A DNA stretch of 64,000 nt, taken from an uncultured Gemmatimonadaceae bacterium (GTDB taxonomy: Bacteria; Gemmatimonadota; Gemmatimonadetes; Gemmatimonadales; Gemmatimonadaceae). How positions within the stretch are numbered: the first letter of the stretch is position 1; the number at the start of each line of letters is the position of its first letter. The stretch is taken from contig CAWAGQ010000010.1 in NCBI GenBank assembly GCA_963781585.1, forward strand, positions 272,604 through 336,603, given 5' to 3'. Below, in pieces: positions 28,583 through 41,846 of this stretch. The notes under the pieces were generated by a model. The model made no database searches. It had not been told where the DNA came from and saw nothing but the letters and a program-made list of their open reading frames with translations. A program made the translations under genes and the position numbers.

Positions 28583-30232
28583 ATGCACGGCAGAACGGTC
28601 TCAGCGCGTCTCGCTCTCGTTATTGCTACTGCGTTCGCCTCGCTCATCGGCCGGGCGCCTCTGCGCGCACAGGACGTCGACGCGAAGCCGGCGCCGAACC
28701 GGGCCGAAGGGGAGGGGCCGTTCGACCGGCTCATTATCCGCGGCGCGACACTGATCGACGGCACCGGCGGACCACCACGCGGTCCGGTGGATATCGTCGT
28801 CGAGAAGAACCGCATCGTCCAGATCGCGAGCGTCGGCTTCCCGAACGAGCCGATCGATCCCGCCCGCCGTCCCAAGGGAGCGACGCGAGAGATCGACGCG
28901 ACCGGGATGTATGTGCTGCCGGGATTCGTCGACATGCACGTGCATACGTGCGGCGTTCCCAAGGCGCCCGAAGCGGAGTACTGCTACAAGCTCTGGATGG
29001 CGCACGGGGTCACGACCGTGCGCGGCGTTCCGTTCGGCGGATTCGAATGGTCGCTGAACGAGGCTAGACGCGCGAACGCGAACGAGATCACCGCGCCGCG
29101 CATGTGGAATTACCAGCGAATCGGGACCGGGAAGGGGTGGACGGGAGGACCGATCGTGACGCCGGAGCAGGCGCGCGGCTGGGTGCGGTGGGCGAAGGAG
29201 CAGGGGATCGATGGCCTGAAGCTCGACTCGCATCCACCAGACATCATGGCGGCGGTGCTCGACGAGGCGAAGAAACTCAACCTGGGATCGGTGGCGCATC
29301 TGTCGCAGACCGGCGTGGCGCAGATGAACGCGATCGACGCCGCGCGGCTCGGCCTGCAGACGGTGACGCATTACTACGGCGTGTTCGAATCGATCTACGA
29401 CAGCGCCGACGTGCAGCCGTACCCGGCCGAATACAACTACAACGACGAGGAATGGCGATTCGGACAGGTGGCGCGCCAATGGAATCTCGTCACGCCGCAC
29501 AGCGAGAAGTGGGAAGCGTTTCTCAAGGAGATGAAGGCGCTCGATGTGACGATGGACCCGACGATGGCGATCTACATGGCCGGTCGCGACCTGATGCGGA
29601 TGCGCAACGCGGACTGGGTGGAGAAGTACACGCTGCCGTCGCTGTGGGACTTCTACACGCCGAACCGGGGAAACCACGGCGCCTACTTCTACAACTGGAC
29701 CACCTGGGACGAAGTGGCCTGGCGCAACTTCTACAAGGTCTGGATGCAGCTCATCAAGGAGTACAAGGACATGGGCGGGCGGGTGACGGTGGGCACCGAC
29801 GCCGGCTTCATCTATGAAACCTATGGGTTCACGTACGTGCAGGAGCTGGAGAACCTCCAGGAGGCCGGCCTGCATCCGCTCGAAGTGATCCGCTCGGCCA
29901 CCATGTACGGTGCGCAGACGCTCTACAAGCCGTCCGGCAGACCGCCGGAGATCGGGGTGGTACGTGCGGGGATGCTGGCCGACCTGGTCGTGGTGCCCGA
30001 GAATCCGATTGCCAATCTGAAGACGCTGTACGGCACCGGCTTCGTGCGGCTGAACGAGAAGACGGGGAAAGTGGAACGGGTCGGTGGGGTGAAGTACACC
30101 ATCAAGGACGGGATCGTCTACGACGCGAAGAAGTTGCTCGACGACGTGGCGAAGATGGTGGAAAAGCAGAAGAGGGAGCGGGGGATCACGAAGCTTCCGA
30201 TCGCGAGCTTCCAGCCCGACGAAAGACCATGA
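28583..30232 (+). CDS. Exported amidohydrolase family protein
   Basis: LIDGTG, LPGFVDMHVH, VGTDAG and GMLADLVV motifs. Confidence 0.9.
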   Translation: MHGRTVSARLALVIATAFASLIGRAPLRAQDVDAKPAPNRAEGEGPFDRLIIRGATLIDGTGGPPRGPVDIVVEKNRIVQIASVGFPNEPIDPARRPKGATREIDATGMYVLPGFVDMHVHTCGVPKAPEAEYCYKLWMAHGVTTVRGVPFGGFEWSLNEARRANANEITAPRMWNYQRIGTGKGWTGGPIVTPEQARGWVRWAKEQGIDGLKLDSHPPDIMAAVLDEAKKLNLGSVAHLSQTGVAQMNAIDAARLGLQTVTHYYGVFESIYDSADVQPYPAEYNYNDEEWRFGQVARQWNLVTPHSEKWEAFLKEMKALDVTMDPTMAIYMAGRDLMRMRNADWVEKYTLPSLWDFYTPNRGNHGAYFYNWTTWDEVAWRNFYKVWMQLIKEYKDMGGRVTVGTDAGFIYETYGFTYVQELENLQEAGLHPLEVIRSATMYGAQTLYKPSGRPPEIGVVRAGMLADLVVVPENPIANLKTLYGTGFVRLNEKTGKVERVGGVKYTIKDGIVYDAKKLLDDVAKMVEKQKRERGITKLPIASFQPDERP

Positions 30233-30335
30233 GCCGAGGGCATGGACCTTCGGTCAGTGGAATGACTGCGGCGTCTCGGTACGCCAGAGGTCCCGCGCCG
30301 GTGCTCGGGACACCGAACGCGAACGCCTCGCCGGC

Positions 30336-31607
30336 CTAACGCGCCTCCCGTTGCAGCGCACCCCGGAAGTCCGGGTGCGCGATCGAAGTCAGCGCCTCGG
30401 CGCGTTCGCGGATCGAGAGGCCGTGCAGGTTCACCGCGCCGTACTCGGTGACGACCCAACGGACGTGCCCGCGCGTCGTTACCACCCCGGCGCCCGGGGT
30501 GAGTTCGTGAACGATTCGGGAGACCGTCCCGCCCTGCGCGGTGGCGGGCATGGCGATGATCGGTTTGCCGCCCCGCGACCGGGCGGCGCCGCGGATGAAA
30601 TCCATCTGTCCGCCAATCCCGGAGTAGATGCGGTGCCCGATGGAATCGGCACAGACCTGGCCGGTGAGATCGATCTGGATCGCCGAGTTGATCGCGGTCA
30701 CGCGCGGATTCATGCCGATCAGGTGGGTGTCGTTGGTGCGGTCGCAGCCGTGGAACTCGACCATCGGATTGTCGTGGACGAAATCGTAGAGGCGCCGCGA
30801 TCCCAGCACGAAGCTGGTGACCGTTCGACCGGGATGGACCTGCTTGAAGCGATTGGTGACCGCGCCCGAAGCGATGAGATCGACCATCCGGTCGGAAAAC
30901 ATCTCGGTGTGGATACCGAGGTCCCTCCGGTCGTGGAGCCGCGCCAGGACCGCCTCCGGGATGGCGCCGATGCCCAGCTGCAAGGTGGCCCGATCCTCCA
31001 CCAGCCCGGCGACGAGCTCGCCGATGCGGGCCTCCACCGGGCCCTCGCCGGCCGGCTGATGTTCGATCAGCGGGCGGTCGGTGTGGATGAAGGCGTCGAG
31101 ACGGCCGAACGGTACGGCCGTGTTGCCGTGGGTGCGCGGCATCTGCTCGTTGATCTCGGCCACGATGAAGCGGGCGCGGTCGACAGCGGCCCGGGTGCAG
31201 TCGACCGACGTGCCTAACGAGCAGTAGCCGTGCCGGTCCGGCGGAGAGAGCTGGACCAGGGCTACGTCCAGCGGCACCACCCCCGACGTGAAGAGCGCCG
31301 GCGTGTCGGACAGGAAGATGGGGACGAAGTCGGCCCGGCCGTCGTTCACCGGCCCGCGCATCTCGGGTCCATTGAACAGCGAGACCGACCGGAAGCGTCC
31401 CGCGCACGCGGGATCGGTCCACGGCGCCGGGCCGTCGGTGTGGAGATGGTACAGACGCACGTTCTCGACGTCGGTGCGGCGGGCCAGCGCATCGAGGAGC
31501 GGCGCCGGCGTGGCCGCCGCGCCGTGGACGAAGACCCGCATATCGCTCGCGATGAGCGACACGGCATCGTCAGCCGCGACGGCGCGGGAGAGGAGGTCGG
31601 CGGTCAC
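30336..31607 (-). CDS. Acetyl-CoA hydrolase/transferase (4-hydroxybutyrate CoA-transferase-like)
   Basis: LQLGIGAIP, GIHTEM, SGIGGQMDF, VVTEYG and IAHPDFR motifs; GTG start inferred. Confidence 0.9.
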   Translation of the reverse strand: MTADLLSRAVAADDAVSLIASDMRVFVHGAAATPAPLLDALARRTDVENVRLYHLHTDGPAPWTDPACAGRFRSVSLFNGPEMRGPVNDGRADFVPIFLSDTPALFTSGVVPLDVALVQLSPPDRHGYCSLGTSVDCTRAAVDRARFIVAEINEQMPRTHGNTAVPFGRLDAFIHTDRPLIEHQPAGEGPVEARIGELVAGLVEDRATLQLGIGAIPEAVLARLHDRRDLGIHTEMFSDRMVDLIASGAVTNRFKQVHPGRTVTSFVLGSRRLYDFVHDNPMVEFHGCDRTNDTHLIGMNPRVTAINSAIQIDLTGQVCADSIGHRIYSGIGGQMDFIRGAARSRGGKPIIAMPATAQGGTVSRIVHELTPGAGVVTTRGHVRWVVTEYGAVNLHGLSIRERAEALTSIAHPDFRGALQREAR

Positions 31608-31796
31608 GCTCCGGGAAGCCTGGTGGTGGTGAATAGTCCATCGCGGACGCCGACCCGTCAAACACCCCCGGCGGCCCGCTCGACATGAGATTTTCCCGGC
31701 GTCAGATTGCCGGTGCACTTTCCGCGTGCGCCGCGCCAAGGCGGTACTCGATCGTCCGGGCCGGTGCCATGATCACTCATCGCTCACGGATTTCCC

Positions 31797-33110
31797 ATGC
31801 TCTCACGCCGACGGTTCATTGGCGCTTCCGGCCTCGCCCTGGCAGGTACCGCCTGCGGCGTGGGAGGCGAGCGGGACGGTGTGGCCGAGGCGGCCGGCCA
31901 GACCACAGGCTCCACGAAGCTACCTCCGTCCATCGCGGCGCTCACCTCCATGAAAGAGCAGGCGACGCCGATCTCGGCCGACGAGCGCCGCGCCCGACTC
32001 GAGCGCGCCCGCGCGCTGATGAGCGAGAACAAGCTCGACGCGATTCTGGTCGCCGGAGGAACCTCGCTCCTGTACTTCACCGGCATGCGCTGGGGCAACA
32101 GCGAGCGCCTGACCGCGGTGGTGATTCCCGCCTCGGGGAACGCCTTCATCGTCACGCCCAAGTTCGAGGAGGAGCGTACGCTCGAGCAGGCGCGGTCGGG
32201 GCCGCTGGGAGCCGGGACGCAGGTGTTGACCTGGGAGGAGGACGAGAGCCCCTATCAGCGGGTGCGCGAGGGTCTCGCCGGCCTGCGCCTGACGACGGCG
32301 CGGCTCGGTGTGGAGGAAACGGTGAAGTTCGTGTTCGCCGACGGGATTGCGCGCGCCGCGCCGGCGGTCCACGTGGCCAGCGCCACCCCCGTCACCGCGG
32401 GGTGCCGGATGATCAAGGACGAGCACGAACTCGCGCTCATGCGGCTGGCGAACCAGATCACGCTCAAGGTCTATGAAGCCGCGTATCATGCCACCAAACC
32501 CGGAATGACGCAGGACGAGCTGGCGGGGCTGATCGCGACCGCGTACCAGCGGATGGGATTCCCGGGCTATGCCAGCGTGCAGGTGGGAGAGTATACGGCG
32601 CTGCCACACGGATCGGCCACGCCGCAGACGATTCGCGAGGGGACGATCATCATGATCGACGACGGGTGCACTGTCGAGGGATACCAGTCGGACATCACCC
32701 GCACCTTCGTGATCGGCAAGGCGACCGACAAGATGAAACAGGTGTTCGACATCGAGCATGCGGCGCAGACGGCGGCACTGAAGGCCGCGCGTCCCGGTGT
32801 GGAGGCGCAGTCGGTGGATGCGGCGGCGCGCCAGGTGATCGTTGACGCGGGGTACGGGCCAGGCTACAAGTTCTTCTCGCACCGCGTGGGGCACGGGATC
32901 GGCATGGACGGGCACGAGTGGCCGTACCTCGTGAAGGGCAACACCCTCGCCCTCAAGCCGAACATGACGTTCAGCGACGAGCCCGGGATCTACATTCCCG
33001 GCGAGTTCGGCATCCGGCTCGAGGACGACATGCACATCACCGAGAACGGCGCCGAACTGTTCACTCCCCAGAGCCCGAGCCTGGAGGATCCGTTCGGGAC
33101 GGCGTCGTAG
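31797..33110 (-). other. Antisense shadow ORF region (31920..33035), not a gene; see the + strand M24 peptidase
   Basis: Complementary to the coding strand of the M24 peptidase, with no protein motifs of its own. Confidence 0.1.
31797..33110 (+). CDS. M24 Xaa-Pro peptidase, Tat lipoprotein
   Basis: [33 protein letters not shown] and GIRLED motifs. Confidence 0.92.
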   Translation: MLSRRRFIGASGLALAGTACGVGGERDGVAEAAGQTTGSTKLPPSIAALTSMKEQATPISADERRARLERARALMSENKLDAILVAGGTSLLYFTGMRWGNSERLTAVVIPASGNAFIVTPKFEEERTLEQARSGPLGAGTQVLTWEEDESPYQRVREGLAGLRLTTARLGVEETVKFVFADGIARAAPAVHVASATPVTAGCRMIKDEHELALMRLANQITLKVYEAAYHATKPGMTQDELAGLIATAYQRMGFPGYASVQVGEYTALPHGSATPQTIREGTIIMIDDGCTVEGYQSDITRTFVIGKATDKMKQVFDIEHAAQTAALKAARPGVEAQSVDAAARQVIVDAGYGPGYKFFSHRVGHGIGMDGHEWPYLVKGNTLALKPNMTFSDEPGIYIPGEFGIRLEDDMHITENGAELFTPQSPSLEDPFGTAS

Positions 33111-33285
33111 CCGCCGGTGCCCGGCCGCGTTCCGTCCCCCCGTCCGGAGCGTCGTCGTTCAGCATCCGCAGCGCGGGCGTATCGAGATCGTCGTACTGCC
33201 CTCGCTTCGCCGCCCAGACGAACGCCATGACCGCGCCGGCCACTATCACCAGCGCAATCGGCAGCACGATGTAGATCACGCTCAT
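33061..33285 (-). CDS. ccoS: cbb3 oxidase maturation protein CcoS/FixS
   Basis: TM helix then [21 protein letters not shown]; start overlaps the ccoI stop. Confidence 0.9.
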   Translation of the reverse strand: MSVIYIVLPIALVIVAGAVMAFVWAAKRGQYDDLDTPALRMLNDDAPDGGTERGRAPAATTPSRTDPPGSGSGE

Positions 33286-35906
33286 GCGCCGACCGCTTCG
33301 AACGTCCGGCTGCGCCAGGCGATCAGCAGCACCGTGAGCGAGCTCGCCGGCATCAGCAGCGCCGCCAGCAAGGGGTTGATCGTTCCGGTCATGGCCAGCG
33401 TGGCCCCAACGACGTTGTAGCCGAGGGAGAAGACCAGCGCGCGTCGAATCATGGCCATCGTCCGGCGGGCCCCGCGCGTGAGGCGCACCAGCGCATCCAG
33501 CCCTGGCTGGGAAAGATAGACGTCCGCCGTCGCCAGGCATGCTTCAGCGCCGCCGTGCACGCCTATCCCCACCGACGCCGCAGCGATGGCGCCCGCGTCG
33601 TTCACGCCATCTCCCACCACGACCACCCGGCCCGTCTTCCGCGCGCGCTCGACGTACCGCTGCTTGGTTTCGGGATCCGCCCGCCCCACGCACTCGTCAG
33701 GCGCGATCCCGAGGCGCCGCCCCACGTCCACCACCACCACGGCGGCGTCGCCGCTCAGCAGCGAGACGCGCCAGCCGTCGCGCCGCAGTGTCCTGATGGT
33801 CGCCGCCGCGTCGGGCCGCAGGGGATCCCCCAATCCGGCTCGACCGACCAGCTCACCATCGACCGCCACCCACACGGGCGTGAGCGTCGGCGCCGTCCCC
33901 GCGGCGACGCGCGCGCGGGGACCCGCTGACACCATCGCGCCGGCGCGAGTGCAGCCCTGCAGGGGAAGCCGCGACGACAGGGATGAGTCCGGAGCCGCTC
34001 CGTGCTCCGTGACAGCCACCGGCACGCGAATCGCCAGCGCGTCGATCTCCGACTGCACGAATGCCGGCGAGCCGACAACTACGCTACGACCCGCGACCAT
34101 GCCACGAACCCCGCTCCCGACGACGTGCTCTACGGCGCTCACGCCGGCATCGCTCTCCAAACCGTCAGCCATCGGTTCCCACGCGCGCCGGAATCCCGAC
34201 GCGACCGGATGGGTCGATCCCCGTTCGATGGACAGCACCAGCGGCTGCACCCACTCCGGGCCATCCCACTCCACCAGCGACGTCACCGCCTGCGTGACCG
34301 TCCCCGTCTTGTCGAGCACCAGCCGCGCTGGTCGCGCCAACTCCTGCAGGGCCTCCCCGCTCTTGACGAGAATGCCCGCCCTGGCCGCCTGTCCGATGGC
34401 CGCGGCAACGGCGAGCGGCGTGGCAAGCGCGAGCGCGCACGGGCAGGTGACCAGCAACAGCGCGATGGCAGTGTCCATCGCGCGGGCGGCGTCGTGCTGC
34501 AGCCAGTACACATAGGTGAGCGCCGCCAGAACCAGTACCGCGCCGACAAACCACCCGGCCAGCCGGTTGGCCAGTAACACCACCGGAGCCCGGTGCGTCG
34601 CGCTCTCATCGACCTGACGGAGGATGCCCGCGATGCGGCTGGTCTCGCCCGCTGCGGTGACGCGCACCCGGAGCGGCGCGCTCACGTTGAGCGTCCCGGC
34701 GAAGACACGGTCGCCTGGCCCGACGGACGTGGGGCGCGACTCCCCGGTCAGCAGCGCGGCGTCCACCGCCGAGCGGCCGGAAGCGACCATCCCGTCGGCC
34801 GCCAGCGTCTCTCCGGCCTTCACGTCGAGGATCTGATCCGGCAGGACCGCCTCGGCCGGCACTTCGCGGAAGCGTCCCCAACCGTCCATGATGCGCGCGG
34901 TGGCGGGGGTGAGCGAGTGCAGCAACTCCGTTGCCTGGCTCGCGGCGCGCTGCCCGCGCTGCTGCAGCAATCGCCCGCACAGCAGCAGGAAGATCAGCAG
35001 CGTAATGCCGTCGAAGTAGATCGGCCCCTGGTCGGTCACGGTGTTGATCGCCCCCCGCACGACCCCGGCGCCTAACGCGAGGGCGATCGGCAGATCCATG
35101 TGCAGCGTACGGGTCCGGAGCGCCGCCAGCGCGCCGGTGAAGAACACGCGCCCTGGATACAGCACCGCCGGCACCGTGAGCGCCAGGCCGATCCACCGGA
35201 ACAGGCGGATGTACGATGCGTCCATGCCCGACCACACCCCGCTGTAGAGCGCGAGCGTGGGGAGCATGACGTTGATGGCGATGGCGCCGGCCACCCCGAT
35301 GCGCACCAGCGCGGCCCGGTCCTCCCGCCGCTGCATTGCTTCCCGCCGAACCCCCCGGAAGGGATGCGGCGTGTATCCCAGCGCGTCGAGCGCGCGCGCG
35401 ATCTCCGACAGCGGAACAGCGCTCGCGTCCCACTCCACCGCAGCCAGCGAGCGGCGCACGTTCAACTCCGCGCGCATCACGCCGGGCACCACGAGCGGGA
35501 TGCGCTCCACCAGCCAGACGCACGAGGCGCAGTGCACCCCCTCGAGGTAGAGCTCCACGCGCGCGAGTCCGCCATTCTCGCGTGTGACGTACAGATCGCG
35601 AAAAGCCGCGTGGTCGAACTCCTCGAAGCCGCGTCCGGTCGCCTGGACGGGACGATCGCGGTGCTGGGGCAGGGCGTAGTACTGGGCGAGTCCATGCGAG
35701 TGGAGGATCGCGAACGCGGCGCGGCATCCCTCGCAGCAGAACTGGTCAGTGGCCGCTGGATCGTGGCGTCCTGACGGGACGTCGAGCCCGCAATGCGCGC
35801 AGCCTGCCGGTGCCGCGCCCCGGGCGGCCAGCGCCAGACGACCGTCCTCGGGCGCGGCCGCTATCCGTCGAGCGACCTGGGGACGGCGGTCAGCGCGGCG
35901 CGGCAT
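33282..35906 (-). CDS. ccoI: Heavy-metal (Cu) P1B-type ATPase CcoI/FixI
   Basis: CAHCG..FCCEGC N-domain, HCASC, TGES, CPCAL, DKTGT and GDGVND motifs. Confidence 0.92.
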   Translation of the reverse strand: MPRRADRRPQVARRIAAAPEDGRLALAARGAAPAGCAHCGLDVPSGRHDPAATDQFCCEGCRAAFAILHSHGLAQYYALPQHRDRPVQATGRGFEEFDHAAFRDLYVTRENGGLARVELYLEGVHCASCVWLVERIPLVVPGVMRAELNVRRSLAAVEWDASAVPLSEIARALDALGYTPHPFRGVRREAMQRREDRAALVRIGVAGAIAINVMLPTLALYSGVWSGMDASYIRLFRWIGLALTVPAVLYPGRVFFTGALAALRTRTLHMDLPIALALGAGVVRGAINTVTDQGPIYFDGITLLIFLLLCGRLLQQRGQRAASQATELLHSLTPATARIMDGWGRFREVPAEAVLPDQILDVKAGETLAADGMVASGRSAVDAALLTGESRPTSVGPGDRVFAGTLNVSAPLRVRVTAAGETSRIAGILRQVDESATHRAPVVLLANRLAGWFVGAVLVLAALTYVYWLQHDAARAMDTAIALLLVTCPCALALATPLAVAAAIGQAARAGILVKSGEALQELARPARLVLDKTGTVTQAVTSLVEWDGPEWVQPLVLSIERGSTHPVASGFRRAWEPMADGLESDAGVSAVEHVVGSGVRGMVAGRSVVVGSPAFVQSEIDALAIRVPVAVTEHGAAPDSSLSSRLPLQGCTRAGAMVSAGPRARVAAGTAPTLTPVWVAVDGELVGRAGLGDPLRPDAAATIRTLRRDGWRVSLLSGDAAVVVVDVGRRLGIAPDECVGRADPETKQRYVERARKTGRVVVVGDGVNDAGAIAAASVGIGVHGGAEACLATADVYLSQPGLDALVRLTRGARRTMAMIRRALVFSLGYNVVGATLAMTGTINPLLAALLMPASSLTVLLIAWRSRTFEAVGA

Positions 35907-36609
35907 GGGCGGCGTGCTCCGCGATCACGGGTGCGGCGTCGCCGAACATGTGCAGGCGCCCGGCGATGGTGAACAGGCCGAGCACGACCACGAACGCGGC
36001 CGACACCAGTGGGAGCCGGGACCGGATCGGGGTGGCCACGCGCTGCAATGCGGCGCCGAGACTGAGCATCACCGGCAGTGTTCCGGTCCAGAAGAACAGC
36101 ATCAGCGCGGCGCCCCGGAGTGGCGATCCCGTGCCGCCCGCCGCGGCCACGAAGACGTACAGCCAGCCGCAGGGCAGCAGAGCAGTCGCCAGGCCGGTGA
36201 CCGCCGCACGGGCCGTCGACCGCTGCTCCCGGACACGACGGAGCATCCCCGCCACCGTGCCGTGCAGGCGTGACGAAGCCCGCGGCATCCCCAGCCGCAC
36301 GCCTCGCACCGCGAGCCACGTGGAGACACCCCACGCGACCATCACGACGCCGGCCACCACCCCGGCCAGTCGCCCGATTCCGGTCGCCACGCCGGCGCCG
36401 TCCAGCCCCGCGCCTAACGCACCGGCGATCGCGCCCAGCAGCAGGTAGGCGGCGAGCCGTCCGCCGCTGTATGCCAGATGCGCCACCGCGCGCGGGCTCC
36501 CCGACCTGGCTGTCGCGCCGGAGTAAAAGGCCACGAATGGTCCGCACATCGCGGCGCAGTGCGGACTCCCCACCAGGCTGGCAATCAGGATCGCGAATGC
36601 GCCCATCAT
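35890..36609 (-). CDS. DsbD_2 / TauE-SafE-like membrane protein of cbb3 clusters
   Basis: SPHCAAMCGP, YSGGRL and LLPCGWLY motifs; ATG at 36609 overlaps the fixH TGA. Confidence 0.88.
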   Translation of the reverse strand: MMGAFAILIASLVGSPHCAAMCGPFVAFYSGATARSGSPRAVAHLAYSGGRLAAYLLLGAIAGALGAGLDGAGVATGIGRLAGVVAGVVMVAWGVSTWLAVRGVRLGMPRASSRLHGTVAGMLRRVREQRSTARAAVTGLATALLPCGWLYVFVAAAGGTGSPLRGAALMLFFWTGTLPVMLSLGAALQRVATPIRSRLPLVSAAFVVVLGLFTIAGRLHMFGDAAPVIAEHAAHAAPR

Positions 36610-37101
36610 GTTCCGGTCGGCGTCGACGCGTCGGTGTCGACCCGCAGGTCGGCGGTGAAGTGCGCAGGACCGCGGTGCACATCGAACCGCAGCTCCCACA
36701 TCCCACGCCGCCCGTCGGGAAAATCGGCGCGATACGCGCCACGACCCTCGTCGCGCAGGAGCAGGGTGATGGGGCGGCTCGCCCGCGTGTTGTGAATGGC
36801 CACGACAGCTGATGCGCGCGCCGGACAGCGGCGTTCCGCCGTGGTCTTCGAGGGTCACATCCAGCGTACCGGCGGCATCGGTACTCGTGTCGTGGAGCGC
36901 CGGCGTAAGCCTCCATCCGAGCGAATCGTTGCGCGCACGCTGCGCCAGCTCGTCGTCCCAGTGCAGGGCCTTCTGATAGTAGTCAGGCTCGACGGCGACG
37001 GACGGATCCCGGTTGGCCACCCGCACGATCCAGACGTTGGCCGCGATCGTCAGGCCGAGTATCGTCGCCACCGCAATCGGCCACCCCGTGCCGCGCTTCA
37101 C
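36606..37101 (-). pseudogene. ccoH: FixH/CcoH with a 1-nt frameshift near 36807 (real or assembly error)
   Basis: W-x-I..TM..VEPDYYQKAL..D N-terminus; continues in another frame as VVAIHNTRAS..GMWELRF to TGA at 36608-36606. Confidence 0.8.
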
Positions 37102-38564
37102 CGCTCGTCCCTCCTGTCTCCCCGCTTCGGTCGCGCGTCGTCAGGATGCTCCGGTGCCTCCTCGGCATGACTCCGCTCTTCGCTCGGTCCGAGCAGCTTC
37201 CATGGGAATTGCGCCGTGTACGAGGCGCCGTCCGAGAGCCGCAGAACCACCCGGTGCTCGCCGTCGTCGAATGCGTCGCGCGGGAGAAGCACGAACAGGC
37301 TGGTGGTTTCCGTGTGCCCGCCGGCGACCGGAAACGGATTGACCGGCACGATCACATTCCCCTGTGGAGCACCGTCGACGTCGATCCGGTAGCTCCGATC
37401 GTGGCGGCCACGGTTGGAGATCTTCACGCGCACCTGATTCGCCACACGCCCATCCGGCTCCATGTTGAACGGTGCGCCGGCACCACGCAGGAGAACGACA
37501 TCAGTTGACGCCTTCGTGCCCAGCTGGTAGACGAAGGTGCCGAGGAAGATCGCGAGCGCCGCGGGATAGAGGACGGTGCGCGGTCGCAGCACATGGGCCG
37601 GACCTCCCTCCAGCACCTCCCGGGAGGAATAGCGAATCAGCCCGCGCGGCTTCCCCACCTTGTCCATGACGGCGTCGCACGCGTCCATGCACTGGGTGCA
37701 GTGGATGCACTCCATCTGAAGGCCCTCGCGGATGTCGATCCCCGTAGGGCAGGTCTGCACGCACATCCCGCAGTCGATGCAATCGCCGGCGGAGAGGTCG
37801 CGCTGCTTCGTGCCGCGCGCTCGTGGCTCGCCGCGCCGTGTGTCGTAGGCCACGATGCGGGAGTTCCGGTCCAGCAGCACCGACTGCCAGCGGCCGTACG
37901 GGCACGCGATGGTGCACGTCTGCTCGCGGAAGAACGCGAAGTCGCCGAAGACGAGGAGCGTCGTCACCGCCATGACGGCAAAGGAACTGGGGTGGTTCAC
38001 CGGCGACTGGGTCACCCAGATCTTCAACTGATCGACGCCGACGAAGTAGGCCAGGAAGGTGTTGCCGAGGATCGCCGCGACGACCACGTAGACAGCGAAC
38101 TTGAGCACGCGGCGCGGCTGCAGCCGGTGACCCGCGCGGTCCATCGCCAGCGATGCATGCGGGCCGCCCTCGATCAGCCGCTCGAGCGGGCGAAAGAGGA
38201 ACTCCATCCACACCGTCTGTGGGCATCCCCATCCGCACCAGACGCGCCCGAACAGCGCGGTGGCCAGAAACACGGCCACGATCACCGTCCCCAGAAACAG
38301 CATCAACAGCAGCGTGTCGGTGGGCAGGAACGTGTAGCCGAACAGCGTGAACTGGCGTCGTGGTGCGTCGAGCAGGATGAGCGGCAGGCCGTTCAAGCGG
38401 ACGTGGGGGATGCCCAGGTACACGACCATCAGCGCCCAGGCCACCCAGCGTCGCATCTTCCAGTAGTGGCCGTATGATGGGCGTGGCCGAAGCCAGCGAC
38501 GTGTGCCGTCCTCGTTCAGGGTGGGAAGGACCCGCCCGCTGGCTTGCGGGGCGACGCTCGTCAT
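37098..38564 (-). CDS. ccoG: cbb3 accessory Fe-S protein CcoG/FixG
   Basis: GRVWCGWGCPQT, CPYGRWQ, CIDCGMCVQTCPTGIDIR and CIHCTQCMDAC motifs. Confidence 0.95.
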   Translation of the reverse strand: MTSVAPQASGRVLPTLNEDGTRRWLRPRPSYGHYWKMRRWVAWALMVVYLGIPHVRLNGLPLILLDAPRRQFTLFGYTFLPTDTLLLMLFLGTVIVAVFLATALFGRVWCGWGCPQTVWMEFLFRPLERLIEGGPHASLAMDRAGHRLQPRRVLKFAVYVVVAAILGNTFLAYFVGVDQLKIWVTQSPVNHPSSFAVMAVTTLLVFGDFAFFREQTCTIACPYGRWQSVLLDRNSRIVAYDTRRGEPRARGTKQRDLSAGDCIDCGMCVQTCPTGIDIREGLQMECIHCTQCMDACDAVMDKVGKPRGLIRYSSREVLEGGPAHVLRPRTVLYPAALAIFLGTFVYQLGTKASTDVVLLRGAGAPFNMEPDGRVANQVRVKISNRGRHDRSYRIDVDGAPQGNVIVPVNPFPVAGGHTETTSLFVLLPRDAFDDGEHRVVLRLSDGASYTAQFPWKLLGPSEERSHAEEAPEHPDDARPKRGDRRDER

Positions 38565-39127
38565 GGCGCGACTCTGGTCCCTTCCGGAGGCTTGGGGTTG
38601 GGTGGATTCGAGCCACGCAGCGTACTGACGTACGCGGCCAGCGCGTTGATCTGGTCGGGCTTGAACACCTTCCCCCATTGGGGCATGCCCTTTGCCAGCA
38701 CGCCGTCATTGATCGTCTTCCGGATCTCGGCCAGCGTGCCGCCGTGGAGCCAGTAGTCATCGGTGAGGTTCGGCCCGATCAGTCCTCCGGCGTCGGGGCG
38801 GTGACAGGGCGTGCAGTTCTGCGCGAACATCTGCTTGCCCGTCGACACCACTCTCGGGTCTGCGGCGAGCGCCGCCAGTCGCTCCGGCGTCGGACCACCG
38901 GCTGGCTCCAGCTTCTCGCGCAACGCGGCGGCGCGGCTCACGTCGGCGTTGTAGTCCGCGATGCGCCCCGCTCCCACGCCGATGCCCGGCACGTTGAGCG
39001 CGTACAGGATGGCAAAAATGATCGTCAGCCAGAAAATCGTGACCCACCACCGCGGCATCGGATTGTCGTACTCCTGAATGCCGTCGTAGCTGTGGTCCAT
39101 CAGCCGGTCCCGCTCCTGTTCGGCCAT
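38561..39127 (-). CDS. ccoP: cbb3 oxidase subunit III, monoheme
   Basis: HSYDGIQEYDNPMPRWW; single CTPCH; GPNLTD motif. Confidence 0.93.
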   Translation of the reverse strand: MAEQERDRLMDHSYDGIQEYDNPMPRWWVTIFWLTIIFAILYALNVPGIGVGAGRIADYNADVSRAAALREKLEPAGGPTPERLAALAADPRVVSTGKQMFAQNCTPCHRPDAGGLIGPNLTDDYWLHGGTLAEIRKTINDGVLAKGMPQWGKVFKPDQINALAAYVSTLRGSNPPNPKPPEGTRVAP

Positions 39128-39133
39128 ATGCGA

Positions 39134-39324
39134 TCACTCCTCGCGGTGGCGTGATGGTGGGGTGGGTTGGTCGTTCAGCGGCAGCCGGGCGTCGCGCTCC
39201 CACTTCGCCTTTCTGGACGGGAGGTAGATGCGCCAGATGATGATGACGAACGCGATGAGGAAGAGCACCAGGCCGACCTCGGCGTAGCGCGAGAGGCCGG
39301 CGCCGCTCATGATCTCGGTGAGAC

Positions 39325-39328
<4 letters not shown>
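39134..39328 (-). CDS. ccoQ: cbb3 oxidase subunit IV
   Basis: Single TM plus ARLPLND; lies between ccoNO and ccoP. Confidence 0.85.
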
Positions 39329-41580
<2,252 letters not shown>

Positions 41581-41846
41581 GGAGTCCTCGGTGGGGCCGG
41601 AACGGCGTGGACGGGGGCGCGCTCAACGCGAAAAACGCGCTTCCCGGCGGAGTGACGCGTGGACCGCCGGCGCGCGCTGACGGGAGCGAATATCGGCGCC
41701 GATGTTCTGGGGCGGTCGTCAGGCGAGTTGCGGCGCGATGAGGGGGAATCCCCTACAACCGCAGGGCGCCCGGCCTGCGAAGACCGGACGCCCTGTAGTC
41801 ACTGATTTCGGAGTCGGAACACGCGAGAGTTCCGGGGCCGAGCCCT

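Noticed and set aside
35890..37101. Novel FixH-DsbD_2 fusion protein
   Set aside because: Explained by a single-base frameshift; the linker is out-of-frame fixH sequence.
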